Positions 25,913-36,919 are shown, counted from the stretch's first letter. The stretch: DNA of 64,000 nucleotides from Verrucomicrobiia bacterium (GCA_963664225.1 OY760937.1:3648001-3712000), one strand, 5' to 3'. Translations and numbers: made by a program. The notes: a model not told the origin generated them from the letters alone.

Positions 25913-28900
25913 TTACTCCTTTTTTGCTTCCACCACTTGCAACTCCGCCACTGTGGCAAACTTGCGCCCATGCTGTTCGCTTAACACCACGAATTTCAGG
26001 TAGCGGGCCATGACGGGCTGAGGAAGCTGGATCAATTCTTCGGCGGCATCCCGATCAATCCGCCCTTTGGCTGCAGGGCCACCCCACGACTGTCCATCGT
26101 TGCTCAGATAGATTTCGTAATCCTTCACAAGGCCATTGTCATTGTCGTCTCCCCGCGCCACATACCTGACTGCGGCAATGTTCAGCGGTTGGGCATAGTC
26201 GATCGTCAGGAAATGCGGAGGATTTGCAGGCTCGCCGCTCCAGTGGCTGTGCCAGAATGTGTCCGTGTCGCCATCCACCGCGTGTTCCGCATCCCCTTCG
26301 CCTGCTTCAAAACTGCTGGCGGATACTACCTTGCCCTTGGGACTGGACGACGCGGCGGCCGGTTTTTCCATCTGCGGTTTGGCACGATTCTGCGGCGCCG
26401 TTAATCGTCCAACTGAGGAAAACTCCTTCTGCCCGGCAGGCAGCAAACGCAATATGTAGGAAAATTCCGCCGCCTCTGATCGTAGCATGTACGGCTCCAA
26501 CGGACGTGGTCCGCACCCATTCGAGCCAACGCCCAGTGTGCGACTGGCAAGGGTCACCACTGTGCTGACGCTGGGAGGCAGATCAACGGTATATTCGATG
26601 GGCGTCATCACTTCGTCGGTATAAGGCAAAGCCGAGACTTGAAGGAAGCCTCCTTCGGCTTGCGCCATCAAGGCGGGAAGTCCTTTTCCATACAACGCCG
26701 CCCAGCGGACATCCTCGTGGTTGCCGCACTCCATCGGCTTTTCGTAAGGGGTCATCTGCTGACGCACCGTGCTGTCATAAAAGCCCACATCGGATCCGCG
26801 TTTGCGATCGGAATAATTCTCCATCGGCCCGCGACCTAAATAGGCGAAGCGGTCATACTGCTTATCGAGTTGCAACCGCACACCCAACCGGGCCAGAGGA
26901 ATCCTCTTTCCCTGCGGCATGACTGCGTTGTCTACCGCAATCGATCCATCGCCATTGATCGTGAAAACAACTGAATGACTTACGCTGAAACGATTCTTAC
27001 CCGTTCCCTCCATGACGGATTCAATCCGCACCACAGCAGGAGCCGTTTGTGTGGCTCCCATGCGGACGAGGCTCCACTTCAAATCATCCAGGCCGTATTG
27101 GTGCCAGTCCTTGTAGGCCCACATGTCGTCCTTCTGGTGCGGCGCCCGCCAGAGATGCAACCGTGGCCCGCCGTTGGTAATTAGCAGGCTCTTGCCATCG
27201 CACACCAACTGTGAAATTGTTCCGGTGGCCTTGTCAAAAACGACCTGGAAACCTTTTCCTGACACTGTGATTTGCTGTTCGTTCTGCTCCAACTGAACCG
27301 CCGCCATTTGGGCCGCATCGGCAACAACAGGGGCGGCATTGACCGGCAGTTTGAATTGCGCCGCGGCCACCTCATAACCTTTCCGGGCCCACCGCTCCGT
27401 TTTGGCCAGCGTGAAGGACAGGTTCAGGAAATATTCCGCGCCTGGTTTTGGCTGAATGCGCTTGAATGGAATGGTGACCAACTTGTCCGTGCCGGGAGCG
27501 AGGTCCAGCTCCTCCATGGCTCCCTTGTCCATCACTTTGCCATCTTCGGTGAGAGTCCAATGTCCCTTGAAGCCTTCAAGTGTGATGAAGGCGTATTTGT
27601 TACAAATCTTAACCTGCCCGGTGGAAAGATCACCCGCCTCCATGCCGATCCATTGATATACGCGCTTCATTTCCGGGTAATGAGGCTTGGGCGAACGATC
27701 TGAAAAGATCACACCCTTGTGGATGAAATAATGGTCGTTGGGCACTTCACCGAAACCACCCCCATAGGCGATATACGGGCGTTTGGGATCGCGCCGGTTG
27801 TAAACGCCCTGATCCTCCCATTCCCAAATGGCGGCTCCCATGATGCTGGGATACTTGTCAAAGATGTCGTTGTAATCGCCGATGGACCCCATGGAGTTGA
27901 ACATCGCATGGGCGTATTCGCACATGTAATAAGGCTTGGTGTAATTGGTGCTGGTGGCGATCTTCTCAACCTCAGTGGGATTGGTGTACATCTGACTGTC
28001 CACATCGGCAGGGTTCCTCTTTCCAATCCCGAACGCCTCGTAATGCGCCGGACGGCTCTGGTCTATGGCTTTGATTGCTTTCAACGCGGAAACGAAGTTG
28101 CTGCCGCCTCCGCATTCATTGCCCAGCGACCACATGATCACGGAAGCGTGGTTCTTGAAATTCTCCACATTGGCCACATTGCGGTCCACAATCATCTTTT
28201 CGCAGGTGGGCTCGCGATCCAGAAAACCTCCGTAACCGTGACATTCCACGTTCGCTTCTGCGTTCAGGTAAATGCCCCATTCGTCACACAGCTCATACCA
28301 GCGCGGATCATCGGAATAGTGGCAGGTGCGAACGTGATTGCAATTGCCCTGCTTGAGAATTTCCAGATCGCGGATCATCCGCTCCTCGGTGATGTAATGG
28401 CCGGTGTCCGGCCAGTTTTCATGACGGTTGGCGCCCTTGAGCTTCACCGGCACGCCGTTGATGGTAAACACACGGCCCTTGATTTCGACCTTTCGAAAAC
28501 CGGTTCTGGCCGAAAGAATTTCACCTTTCTTTTCCCCCGATAGCGTCAGCACCGTCGTGTAAAGATTCGGGGTCTCCGCCGTCCATTTGGTTGGATTGTT
28601 GACCGGAAGCTCCAACTCTACCGTTGTTTCCTCGCCGGGCTTCAATCCGGGAACGCTCACTTTCGTTTGCGCCACCGACTGCCCCTTCAAGGTAAAAACT
28701 CCGACTTCCAATTCTCGCGCATTCGCAAGCTCGCCCGAGTAATTACGCACCTTGGCTGTCACTTTGAGCGTCGCATCTTTGTATTGGGTGTCCAAGTCGG
28801 TCTTGATGAAATAATCGCGAATATGCACCTCCGGCGCACTCCAGAGAGTTACGTTGCGGAAAATGCCGCTCAACCGCCACATGTCCTGATCCTCCAGATA

Positions 28901-29590
28901 ACTGCCCGCGCTGTAACGGTAAACCTCCGCCGCAACAAGATTCCTGCCCGGCTTTAAAAACCGGGTGATATCAAACTCCGCCGCGTTGCGGCTGTTCATG
29001 CTAAATCCCACCTTTTCCCCGTTGATCCACAGGAAGAATGCCGAGTCCACACCGTCAAAACAGATGAAGGTGCGTCGGCCTTTCCAATCGGAGGGCACTT
29101 CAAACTCCCGGCGGTAACTCCCCACCGGGTTGCGCTCGGTGTAAGCGGTGTAATTCTTGGGTGGTTCGCTCATGACCCGCGGCCAATCCCGTTGGAACGT
29201 GTAGCCAATGTTGCGGTAATACGGCGTTCCGTAACCGAGCAGTTGCCAGCAGGAGGGCACCGGAATCTCCTTCCAGGCACTCACATCAAATTCCGGTTTG
29301 TAGAAGTCCACGGGGCGTTGGGTCGGATGCGCCACCCAGTTGAATTTCCACTGGCCATTCAGGCTCCGATAAAACGAGGATTCCTGCCGTTTGGCCGCCA
29401 GCGCTTCCTTCAAATTGGCGTAAGGCATCAACGTCGCGTGGGCTGGCTCCTTGTTTACACCAAGGCATTGAGGATTCTCAATTTCAGGAGGCAGCGGGGC
29501 ATCCGCTCTCGATATCAGTGGCAGACAACAAAGAATGCTCAAAAATAAAGCAGCAAACAACCGATCCGCACTTGTTTTTCTCATAGTCAT
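25913..29590 (-). CDS. GH2 beta-galactosidase (LacZ-like) with C-terminal F5/8 type C (CBM32-like) domain
   Basis: SLNGQWKF, YLEDQDMWRLSGIFR, KGANRHE, NHVRTCHY, WSLGNE, CEYAHAM; C-terminal HAVDGDTDTFWHS..ARYLKF..VAELQV; signal peptide. Confidence 0.93.
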   Translation of the reverse strand: MTMRKTSADRLFAALFLSILCCLPLISRADAPLPPEIENPQCLGVNKEPAHATLMPYANLKEALAAKRQESSFYRSLNGQWKFNWVAHPTQRPVDFYKPEFDVSAWKEIPVPSCWQLLGYGTPYYRNIGYTFQRDWPRVMSEPPKNYTAYTERNPVGSYRREFEVPSDWKGRRTFICFDGVDSAFFLWINGEKVGFSMNSRNAAEFDITRFLKPGRNLVAAEVYRYSAGSYLEDQDMWRLSGIFRNVTLWSAPEVHIRDYFIKTDLDTQYKDATLKVTAKVRNYSGELANARELEVGVFTLKGQSVAQTKVSVPGLKPGEETTVELELPVNNPTKWTAETPNLYTTVLTLSGEKKGEILSARTGFRKVEIKGRVFTINGVPVKLKGANRHENWPDTGHYITEERMIRDLEILKQGNCNHVRTCHYSDDPRWYELCDEWGIYLNAEANVECHGYGGFLDREPTCEKMIVDRNVANVENFKNHASVIMWSLGNECGGGSNFVSALKAIKAIDQSRPAHYEAFGIGKRNPADVDSQMYTNPTEVEKIATSTNYTKPYYMCEYAHAMFNSMGSIGDYNDIFDKYPSIMGAAIWEWEDQGVYNRRDPKRPYIAYGGGFGEVPNDHYFIHKGVIFSDRSPKPHYPEMKRVYQWIGMEAGDLSTGQVKICNKYAFITLEGFKGHWTLTEDGKVMDKGAMEELDLAPGTDKLVTIPFKRIQPKPGAEYFLNLSFTLAKTERWARKGYEVAAAQFKLPVNAAPVVADAAQMAAVQLEQNEQQITVSGKGFQVVFDKATGTISQLVCDGKSLLITNGGPRLHLWRAPHQKDDMWAYKDWHQYGLDDLKWSLVRMGATQTAPAVVRIESVMEGTGKNRFSVSHSVVFTINGDGSIAVDNAVMPQGKRIPLARLGVRLQLDKQYDRFAYLGRGPMENYSDRKRGSDVGFYDSTVRQQMTPYEKPMECGNHEDVRWAALYGKGLPALMAQAEGGFLQVSALPYTDEVMTPIEYTVDLPPSVSTVVTLASRTLGVGSNGCGPRPLEPYMLRSEAAEFSYILRLLPAGQKEFSSVGRLTAPQNRAKPQMEKPAAASSSPKGKVVSASSFEAGEGDAEHAVDGDTDTFWHSHWSGEPANPPHFLTIDYAQPLNIAAVRYVARGDDNDNGLVKDYEIYLSNDGQSWGGPAAKGRIDRDAAEELIQLPQPVMARYLKFVVLSEQHGRKFATVAELQVVEAKKE

Positions 29591-29750
29591 ACGGGTTACA
29601 ACTTCATCCTGTCCAAGCGCAGGAAATCTTCAATAAGATATTGCTGATCTGCAGCGCTAAAGCCGGGATATTCGGCTGACCAATGCGGCGTGAGAAAGGG
29701 GGGGCACGAATCCGAATTCATTCCGAGTCGGCGTTCAGAATTAAATTGCC

Positions 29751-32066
29751 TTACTTCGTCGGGTGGCTGGAGATTCTGGTGCCACGAAGCTTTCGCCCGT
29801 TCCAGTTGACCATCACTTGATTCACCTTGCCCTTCCTGTTGCGGACAAACGTCAACCGAATGTCATCCCCGACGGTCGGGCCTGGGATGAAACTTGCTGC
29901 GCCCGTCGGAAAGAATTCTTCCCTGCCAAGTCCCGCCACATGCGCAATAAGATGGCCGCCGAATTCATCGGTCGTCTGTGAGATGTTTAACTTTGGACCG
30001 ACACCGATCATTCCGAATAGCAATGTCTTTCGATACTGACCAACAAAGTCTTTGCATGCAGCCGGATCCATTTGGACCGGAGCAGGCGGCTCAGGAACAT
30101 CCCCGGAGATTTGGGTCATTTCGATGGATCCCTGCCACCCCCAACTGGTCAGAACCATTTTGGAAGCCTGATGATCCGCCACGGGCAGGAACATGAGTTG
30201 GCAGTTCCGAAAGTCGTTGCAGAAGACCGATTCCGATTGCGGAAACATTTCTGCGCTCGGAACACGCGCGCGCTCGTCAGGATGCCCACGCCATTGAATG
30301 ATGAATCGATTCGGCTCAAGGCGGATAATCCAAATCGTGCCATCAGCAGTTTTGTATTGGCCCACATAACGGGCAAGGCGTGCCATGTCCAGCTGGGATA
30401 CGCCTGCGGGTTTTGGATATCGCCCGTCCAGCAATTGCCGCCACAGGCCTGGAACGAATGTGCTGTAGTTGGCGCAATTGGATAGAACAACGACACCCCG
30501 GCGCTTCCTGACATCGAAGCACAGCTCAGTTTGATAGCCATCGACCAGTCCGCCATGCTCGAAAACATCCCCGTATTCCTGCCACGCCAACGGTCGCTTG
30601 TCTCCAGACTCCAGTGAATGGAGCGCCTCCGCCTTCTTCATCAGCGCACTGAGTGGTGAAGGGGTCAATCCCGCATAGGCCGAGACAAATTTGAGCAGGT
30701 CATTCGCAGTCGAACGTATTGAGCCTGCGCCGAGGAGACTCGGCACGTAAGAATTCGTATCGTGATCAGGCGATGAAAAGCTCTGCAGCCGGTGGCCGGG
30801 AATCGCATGACCAATGGCCAGTCGTGCCTTCAGTTCGGGTGGCAGGCTGATTCGCGTGCTGCTCATGCCCAAAGGTTGGCAGATCCGCTCAACGACGAGT
30901 GTTTCATAATCTTTGCCCGCCTTCCGCGCGATGAGATGTCCGAGCAATCCCATCCCAAGATTCGAATATTCCCAGTGCATTCCTGGAGCCTGGCCAAGGG
31001 TGGAATGAGAGAGGAAGGCGTACAAATCTCCATCGCTTTCGCGCGGCAGACCGGAGGTATGCGTGGCCAGATGGAGCAGGGTAATCTCCCTGCCATGCCA
31101 GGTGGGCAATCTGACCGATTCGGGCAAGTATTTCTGCGCGGGATCGTCCAACTTCATTTCCCCTCGCTCAATCATGTCCTGCAGAAGCAGGGCCGTGAAT
31201 ACTTTCGCAACCGAGCCGATGTGGAACAGCGTGTCCCCGTCCACCTCCCGATCGGTGCCATTATCCAATTTGCCATGGCTGATGACCCGCGGGCCATGCT
31301 CATCCACGATTCCCACTGCAAGGCCGACGGTCTGTTTTTCCGTATCGACGTTGTCCTGCAGCATGGTTTTGATTTCGGCATCGCTGAGGAGATTGGTCGC
31401 GCCATTTTCGATGCCCGCGCGGAACATCTTCTGGCATTGAGCCTGCTCCTCATTCAAAATGCGACACGTAAAACCTGATGGTCCTGTGGTGTTCAGAACT
31501 TTCAATAGGAGATGGTTCTTCCCGGCCTGAAGTTCGACCGGGACCACGTCTTCGTCCACGCACACTCCGCGGCAAATCCAGTGTTCGTGGACTGGTTTGC
31601 CATTCAACCAGACTTTCACTCCTTCGTCGCTACCGATGCCGAGATAGGCTGCCTGCTTCTCTGACACCATGAACTCTGTCCAGGCATAAGTGATCGCGTA
31701 ATCCATGGGATGACCGTCATTGGCAGTAAAAAAGACCCCTGTATCCGACTCCAATGGTTGCCACTTCATTGTGCGGCTGGAAATTTTGGCCTTCATTCCG
31801 ACCTGTGGCAGGATCCGGGCCTCGCCACCATTGTCGAGCAGCCAATCCCGGGCGAACATCTGCTTTTGGGCCGCTTCATCCGGTGCCTTGCCACGAACTG
31901 TGGCAATGGGTATGGGCTTCAAAACCAACCAGTGTTTAAGAAACTCGCCGGGCAGCAGTTCCTCTTCGGCAGCCTGGAGAGCAGCCCTGCCTGGCATGAG
32001 AAGCGATAGAATTAGCAGAAAAAATAAAAGGCCGGATGGTCGCGTCTTCACTTGAAGACATGGCAT
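29751..32066 (-). CDS. Secreted serine hydrolase (beta-lactamase class C/AmpC-like) with N-terminal beta-sandwich domain
   Basis: FHIGSVAKVFT (SxxK), HLATHTSGLP, EYSNLG (YxN), EHGG; N-terminal IGSDEGVKVWLNG..GKNHLLLKV domain; C-terminal DUF3471-like repeats. Confidence 0.85.
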   Translation of the reverse strand: MPCLQVKTRPSGLLFFLLILSLLMPGRAALQAAEEELLPGEFLKHWLVLKPIPIATVRGKAPDEAAQKQMFARDWLLDNGGEARILPQVGMKAKISSRTMKWQPLESDTGVFFTANDGHPMDYAITYAWTEFMVSEKQAAYLGIGSDEGVKVWLNGKPVHEHWICRGVCVDEDVVPVELQAGKNHLLLKVLNTTGPSGFTCRILNEEQAQCQKMFRAGIENGATNLLSDAEIKTMLQDNVDTEKQTVGLAVGIVDEHGPRVISHGKLDNGTDREVDGDTLFHIGSVAKVFTALLLQDMIERGEMKLDDPAQKYLPESVRLPTWHGREITLLHLATHTSGLPRESDGDLYAFLSHSTLGQAPGMHWEYSNLGMGLLGHLIARKAGKDYETLVVERICQPLGMSSTRISLPPELKARLAIGHAIPGHRLQSFSSPDHDTNSYVPSLLGAGSIRSTANDLLKFVSAYAGLTPSPLSALMKKAEALHSLESGDKRPLAWQEYGDVFEHGGLVDGYQTELCFDVRKRRGVVVLSNCANYSTFVPGLWRQLLDGRYPKPAGVSQLDMARLARYVGQYKTADGTIWIIRLEPNRFIIQWRGHPDERARVPSAEMFPQSESVFCNDFRNCQLMFLPVADHQASKMVLTSWGWQGSIEMTQISGDVPEPPAPVQMDPAACKDFVGQYRKTLLFGMIGVGPKLNISQTTDEFGGHLIAHVAGLGREEFFPTGAASFIPGPTVGDDIRLTFVRNRKGKVNQVMVNWNGRKLRGTRISSHPTK

Positions 32067-32277
32067 AGCAGTTCCTTGTTATAGAATCAATGCCACAGAC
32101 AAGGTTAATCGCTCGTTCACAACGTTCATCAAGCAGCCCTTCGCATGGCGCCACCACCGCATCAATGGTTCGGGCGGCACATTGGCATATGAGGCCGACA
32201 CCTAACTGGGAGTCCAAGATCGGCTGGACAGCCCCTGCAATCTCCCCGTAATTCTTCGGAGCCAACTTCCTGCTCGT

Positions 32278-33129
32278 TTATCGCGATGACATGCTCCGTT
32301 TTTTCCACAGTGTTTCCCATCCATCGCCGCGCGTGGGGCGAGGAGGCAATTGAATGTCTGCGAAGAGCAATGCTTCGGCCTGGGCACCATAGGGCCCCAT
32401 CAGCACCTGTTTGCCATCCGGCCCCACCAACAGCGAGCATCCGATGCATTGACGCCCTTGCCAGGGACCGGCGCCGATCGGACCCACATTGCTGACGCCG
32501 GTAATCCAGAGGTTAAAATCCCGTGCCACTGGCTGATAGTTATCAAGCCAGAGCTGACCGTAGGGCTCCCGTGTGTTGTCATGGCCGGCAGGCACCGCCC
32601 AGGCCGATGGCGAAAGAATCAGATCGGCCCCCATCAAACCCAATGCACGGCTGATCACCTGGCCGCGTGCAAAGGCATCGGCGCAAATCATCACGCCGAT
32701 GGTGCCCAGTTCAGTGTGCGCCACGGTGAGACGGTCCCCTTGAGCATAAAACTTGTGCCCGATCTCCAGTTCGTTGAGCTTGCGATGCACCAACAGGATT
32801 TCGCCGTTGGGTGCAATGAGCACTGCCGAATTGAATACCTTCCCACAATCCTTTTCCACCAGACCGGCGCACACATGCACTCTGTTGGTCCGGGCGGCGG
32901 CGCAGAGGCGGGAGCAGGTTTCTCCACCGGGAATTGCATCCGCTTCAGTCTCCGCCGAGGGATGTGTCCACCCAAGATTCAAGGCCTCGGGCAGGATTGC
33001 AATCTGGGCTCCGTTTTGAGCGGCCTCGTTAATGCGCTGCTCGGCACGCTGCAAATTGGCGTTTTTACAACCGCCTTCCACGAGCATCTGTGCCAACGCA
33101 ATTTTGAATTTTTTGGGTAAGTGGTTCAC
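32278..33129 (-). CDS. Carbon-nitrogen hydrolase (nitrilase family)
   Basis: IALAQM, ILPE, FNSAVLI, HRKL, GVMICAD (E-K-C triad). Confidence 0.9.
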   Translation of the reverse strand: MNHLPKKFKIALAQMLVEGGCKNANLQRAEQRINEAAQNGAQIAILPEALNLGWTHPSAETEADAIPGGETCSRLCAAARTNRVHVCAGLVEKDCGKVFNSAVLIAPNGEILLVHRKLNELEIGHKFYAQGDRLTVAHTELGTIGVMICADAFARGQVISRALGLMGADLILSPSAWAVPAGHDNTREPYGQLWLDNYQPVARDFNLWITGVSNVGPIGAGPWQGRQCIGCSLLVGPDGKQVLMGPYGAQAEALLFADIQLPPRPTRGDGWETLWKKRSMSSR

Positions 33130-33412
33130 AAGTCTTCACTCGTTCCTATTCCAAGTGATTGAGGGATACACGATTTGGAAACGTCCGGTCCACTCGAAAA
33201 GCACGCTTCTTGTGACCGCATAGACCCAACAAAACACCCATGGAAAATGCTCAACTTTGAGAAAACCAACTCCCACTGCCGCCTACTCCCGCCAATTCCC
33301 CAGCGATCTGCGACATAAAAGATTCCAGAAACTCACATGATCTACTCGAAGTTTTCGTCTCGTCTTTCATCCCGCACTTTTGCCAGATCGCTTGGTACCG
33401 GACACGCCTGTT

Positions 33413-33557
33413 TATGGTCGCGTGCGTCGGTTTCTTGTTCAGGCCGTCACATTGTGAATTCTCGATCTCTTGGTGCAATGAAGCATCCGCTCTCGAAACC
33501 GTTGGCAGGCAGCATAGACGAACCTAAAACAAAACAGCAAACAACCGATCCGCATCT
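33413..33557 (-). pseudogene. Decayed duplicate of the 5' end of the GH2 beta-galactosidase gene
   Basis: Translates DADRLFAVLF*VRLCCLPTVSRADASLHQEIENSQCDGLNKKPTHAT vs SADRLFAALFLSILCCLPLISRADAPLPPEIENPQCLGVNKEPAHAT. A 20-bp identity CAGCAAACAACCGATCCGCA occurs at 29551 and 33535. Confidence 0.85.
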
Positions 33558-33636
33558 CCGGGCGCGAATCCAAAAGTATTCTGGCGATGCGTGGTCACCT
33601 CTGAGTAAAACAATCTGAGATTGAGGGTGCTCCTTC

Positions 33637-35094
33637 TTAATCCCCGATTTCCATGAGTTTGCGGTACAAGGTGGCCAGGCTGATGCCAAGGAGGGAAGCG
33701 GCCTTTTCCTTGTCTCCCTCGGCAATGGCCAGGGACTTCTTGATGTGGAGAACTTCCTGTTCGTGCAAAAAACCTTTCAAGGAATCGATAGGCCCGGCGT
33801 TACCCGGCACTTTGATCGTGTCAGTCGGATGGGCTTCAAGTAGGTCCGGCATTGCATTTGCTGCTTCGGCAGGGTTTACCCGCGAATCCGCTTCCATGCA
33901 TTTTGTCGCCTCTGTCTCATAGCGGACGAAAATCGGCGGCAGGTCGGCCGCCTGCAGCATATCGCCATCGCACAAGGCCGCGGCCCTTTCAATGGCGTTC
34001 TCCAGTTCCCGCACATTTCCGGGCCAATCATGCGCCTCGAGCGCCGCCATCGCCTGTTGTGTGATCCGATAGGGTTTGCCGGTGCGGGGACTGAACTTGT
34101 CGCGCAAAAAGTGAGCCACCAGCAACGGAATATCCTCCCGCCGCTCGCGCAAACTGGGCATCGGTATCGCAATGACATTCAGCCGATAGTACAGATCCTC
34201 GCGAAACGTTCCGGCCTTGATTTTCTGCTCCAATGGCTCATTGGTCGCCGCCAGGACACGCACATTGACATAGAAAGGGACGTTTTCGCCCACGCGGCGG
34301 ACTTCCTTCTCCTGCAAAACACGCAGCAACCGGCTTTGCAGAATTGGGGGCATGGAGGCGATTTCATCGAGAAAAATGGTCCCGCCATCGGCTTCCTGGA
34401 ACAGACCTTTTTTATCGTTAACGGCCCCTGTAAAGGCCCCGCGCCGATGACCAAACAGCTCGGATTCCAGTAGATTCTCAGGCAAGGCGCTGCAATTGAT
34501 TGGTATGAAGGGCGCGTTTTGCCGCCGACTGTTGAAATGCAGCGCGCGCGCCACCAATTCCTTGCCTGTGCCGCTTTCGCCCAAAATAAGAATTGTCGAG
34601 TCGGTGTTCGCCACCCGTTCGATCATTTTGAAGACCTCCTGCATTTTCGGGGCGGCGCCGATGATCCGGCTGAATTTGTATTTGGATTTGAGCTGTTTGC
34701 GCAGGTATTGATTCTCGGAAACCGCTTCATTATAGGACAATGCGCGCTGCACGCTCAGGCGCAACTCCTCGAGCTTGAACGGTTTTTCGACAAAGTCGTA
34801 GGCTCCCTTCTTCATTGCGTCCACGGCGGTTTCAATCGTTCCAAATGCCGTGATTAAAATGACTTGAGGAGGCGGAATCAAAGTTCTGGCGCGCTGGAGG
34901 ATTTCCAAACCGGCGGGATGCGTTTTCTCTGTGTAGAGGTCCGTAATCACCAGTTCCGGGCAGACAGACTCCATGGCGTCCAAGGCGGCTCTGGCACTGG
35001 TGAATGGGGCCACCTCGTGATGATCGGCGCGGAGCATCTCGCTCACCATTTGCACCATGGTTAATTCGTCGTCCACGAGAAGCACTTTGGCCAT
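33637..35094 (-). CDS. Sigma-54-dependent response regulator (NtrC/AtoC family)
   Basis: Receiver KVLLVDDE..ITDL..KPF; GESGTGKE, ESELFGHRRGAFTGA, FLDEI, WPGNVRELEN; C-terminal Fis HTH LGISLATLYRKL. Confidence 0.95.
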   Translation of the reverse strand: MAKVLLVDDELTMVQMVSEMLRADHHEVAPFTSARAALDAMESVCPELVITDLYTEKTHPAGLEILQRARTLIPPPQVILITAFGTIETAVDAMKKGAYDFVEKPFKLEELRLSVQRALSYNEAVSENQYLRKQLKSKYKFSRIIGAAPKMQEVFKMIERVANTDSTILILGESGTGKELVARALHFNSRRQNAPFIPINCSALPENLLESELFGHRRGAFTGAVNDKKGLFQEADGGTIFLDEIASMPPILQSRLLRVLQEKEVRRVGENVPFYVNVRVLAATNEPLEQKIKAGTFREDLYYRLNVIAIPMPSLRERREDIPLLVAHFLRDKFSPRTGKPYRITQQAMAALEAHDWPGNVRELENAIERAAALCDGDMLQAADLPPIFVRYETEATKCMEADSRVNPAEAANAMPDLLEAHPTDTIKVPGNAGPIDSLKGFLHEQEVLHIKKSLAIAEGDKEKAASLLGISLATLYRKLMEIGD

Positions 35095-35238
35095 GAGCCG
35101 GAAATTAGCGTTACTTAGGCGTGATTTCAATGCCGGAAACGTCGTTTTATGAGGCTTGCCAAGGAGGGAGCCTTCGATAATTATTGAACACAATACCCGT
35201 TTGAAACGTATATATCTATAACACTAGCACCAAAATTT

Positions 35239-36624
35239 ATGAATCCAACAGAGCCAAACACTGTGTCCCTGACAACCCGCAGGGAATTTCTGAAGACATC
35301 CACCAAAGCCGTTGCGGGCGCCGCGCTGGTCTCGGCCATCTCCAGGCCCGGTTACACTGCGGAAAGCAATACCATTCAGGTCGCTTTGATCGGTTGCGGT
35401 GGCCGCGGAACGGGAGCGGCAGCAGACGCTCTCTCCGATAAGAGCGGCCCCATCAAATTGGTCGCCATGGCGGATGTCTTTTCCGATCGCCTCAAGGGCA
35501 GTTACGCGGAAATCAAAAAGAATTTCAAAGACCAGGTGGATGTCCCCGAGGATCGCCAGTTCGTCGGATTCGATGCCTACAAGAAAGCAATGGATTGCCT
35601 CAAGCCGGGTGATATTGCGATCTTCGCCACACCTCCTGGGTTCCGCTGGGTGCATTTTACCTATGCTGTCGAAAAAGGCCTGAACGTGTTCATGGAAAAA
35701 CCCGTCACAGTCGATGGTCCTACAACGCGGAAGATGCTCAAGCTGGCCGAGGACGCCAAGGCCAAGAACCTCAAGGTGGGTGTTGGCCTCATGTGCCGTC
35801 ACAGCACAGCCCGAGCGGAATTGCTCACCCGCATCAAAGATGGCCAGATGGGCGATATTCTCATGCTGCGTGCCTATCGCATGCACGGACCTGTTGGATC
35901 AGCCTTTACCAGCCCCAAGACTGAGAACGATAAGATGAGCGAATTGCTCTGGCAGATTCAGCACTTCCACAGTTTCCTGTGGGCCAGCGGCGGCTGCTAC
36001 AGCGATTTCTACATCCACCACATCGACGAATGCTGCTGGATGAAAGACGCGTGGCCGATCAAGGCTCAGGCGATCGCGGGCCGTCATTATCGCGGCGATT
36101 GTATCGATCAGAACATGGACAATTACTCCGTCGAATACACCTTTGCCGATGGCGCAAAAATGTTTTTGGAAGGCCGCACCATGACGGGCTGCCATGAAGA
36201 GTTTGCCAGCCTGGCCCATGGAAGCAAAGGCTCTGCCATCATCTCCAATAACGGACATTATCCAGCCCCATGCCGCATTTTCAAAGGTCAAAACTTTGTC
36301 GATCAGGACATCGTCTGGAAGTTCCCGGGCAGCGAGCCTAATCCTTATCGCACCGAATGGAATCACCTGATTGACGCCATCCGTAATGATAAGCCTTACA
36401 ACGAAGTGGTCCGCGGCGCCATTGCCAGCCTCGTGACCTCGATGGGGCGCATGGCTGCCCACACTGGTGAAATCATCACCTACGACCAAATCCTGAACGC
36501 GCCCCAGGAATTCGCTCCGGGCATCATGGATTTCACAATGAATTCGGCCGCTCCCGTTCTTGCCGATGCCAAAGGCCAATACCCCATCCCGCAGCCGGGT
36601 AAAGTCACCGATCGCGAATATTGA
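35239..36624 (+). CDS. Tat-exported Gfo/Idh/MocA oxidoreductase
   Basis: TRREFLK; ALIGCGGRGTGAA; FATPPGFR; VFMEKP. Confidence 0.9.
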   Translation: MNPTEPNTVSLTTRREFLKTSTKAVAGAALVSAISRPGYTAESNTIQVALIGCGGRGTGAAADALSDKSGPIKLVAMADVFSDRLKGSYAEIKKNFKDQVDVPEDRQFVGFDAYKKAMDCLKPGDIAIFATPPGFRWVHFTYAVEKGLNVFMEKPVTVDGPTTRKMLKLAEDAKAKNLKVGVGLMCRHSTARAELLTRIKDGQMGDILMLRAYRMHGPVGSAFTSPKTENDKMSELLWQIQHFHSFLWASGGCYSDFYIHHIDECCWMKDAWPIKAQAIAGRHYRGDCIDQNMDNYSVEYTFADGAKMFLEGRTMTGCHEEFASLAHGSKGSAIISNNGHYPAPCRIFKGQNFVDQDIVWKFPGSEPNPYRTEWNHLIDAIRNDKPYNEVVRGAIASLVTSMGRMAAHTGEIITYDQILNAPQEFAPGIMDFTMNSAAPVLADAKGQYPIPQPGKVTDREY

Positions 36625-36919
36625 TTTGATCGTGTTATTCGGGATTAATCCCGGGACACTATTTATTGATACGAAGGGCCGGACGCGTTACGCATTGATT
36701 GCGGCGTTGTCCGGCCTTTGCTTTTGGAGATCACTTTCGCGTTCAGATTCACACAGACGGGCGTTGGGCGAATTCATTTGTGAGGGTGTAATCCGGTGAG
36801 CCCGGGAATGACGCGCCTCTCTCCACGGACCTCCTTGGGATGGAGGCGAGGGAGTGGACGCAATCAGGAAAGGCCAGTGCTGGGGCGCTGGATTGCAGAT
36901 GAAAGAACAGAAGGTTGGG

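Noticed and set aside
29751..32066. Bona fide beta-lactamase resistance gene
   Set aside because: Multi-domain serine hydrolase with HGG rather than KTG; substrate cannot be inferred from sequence.
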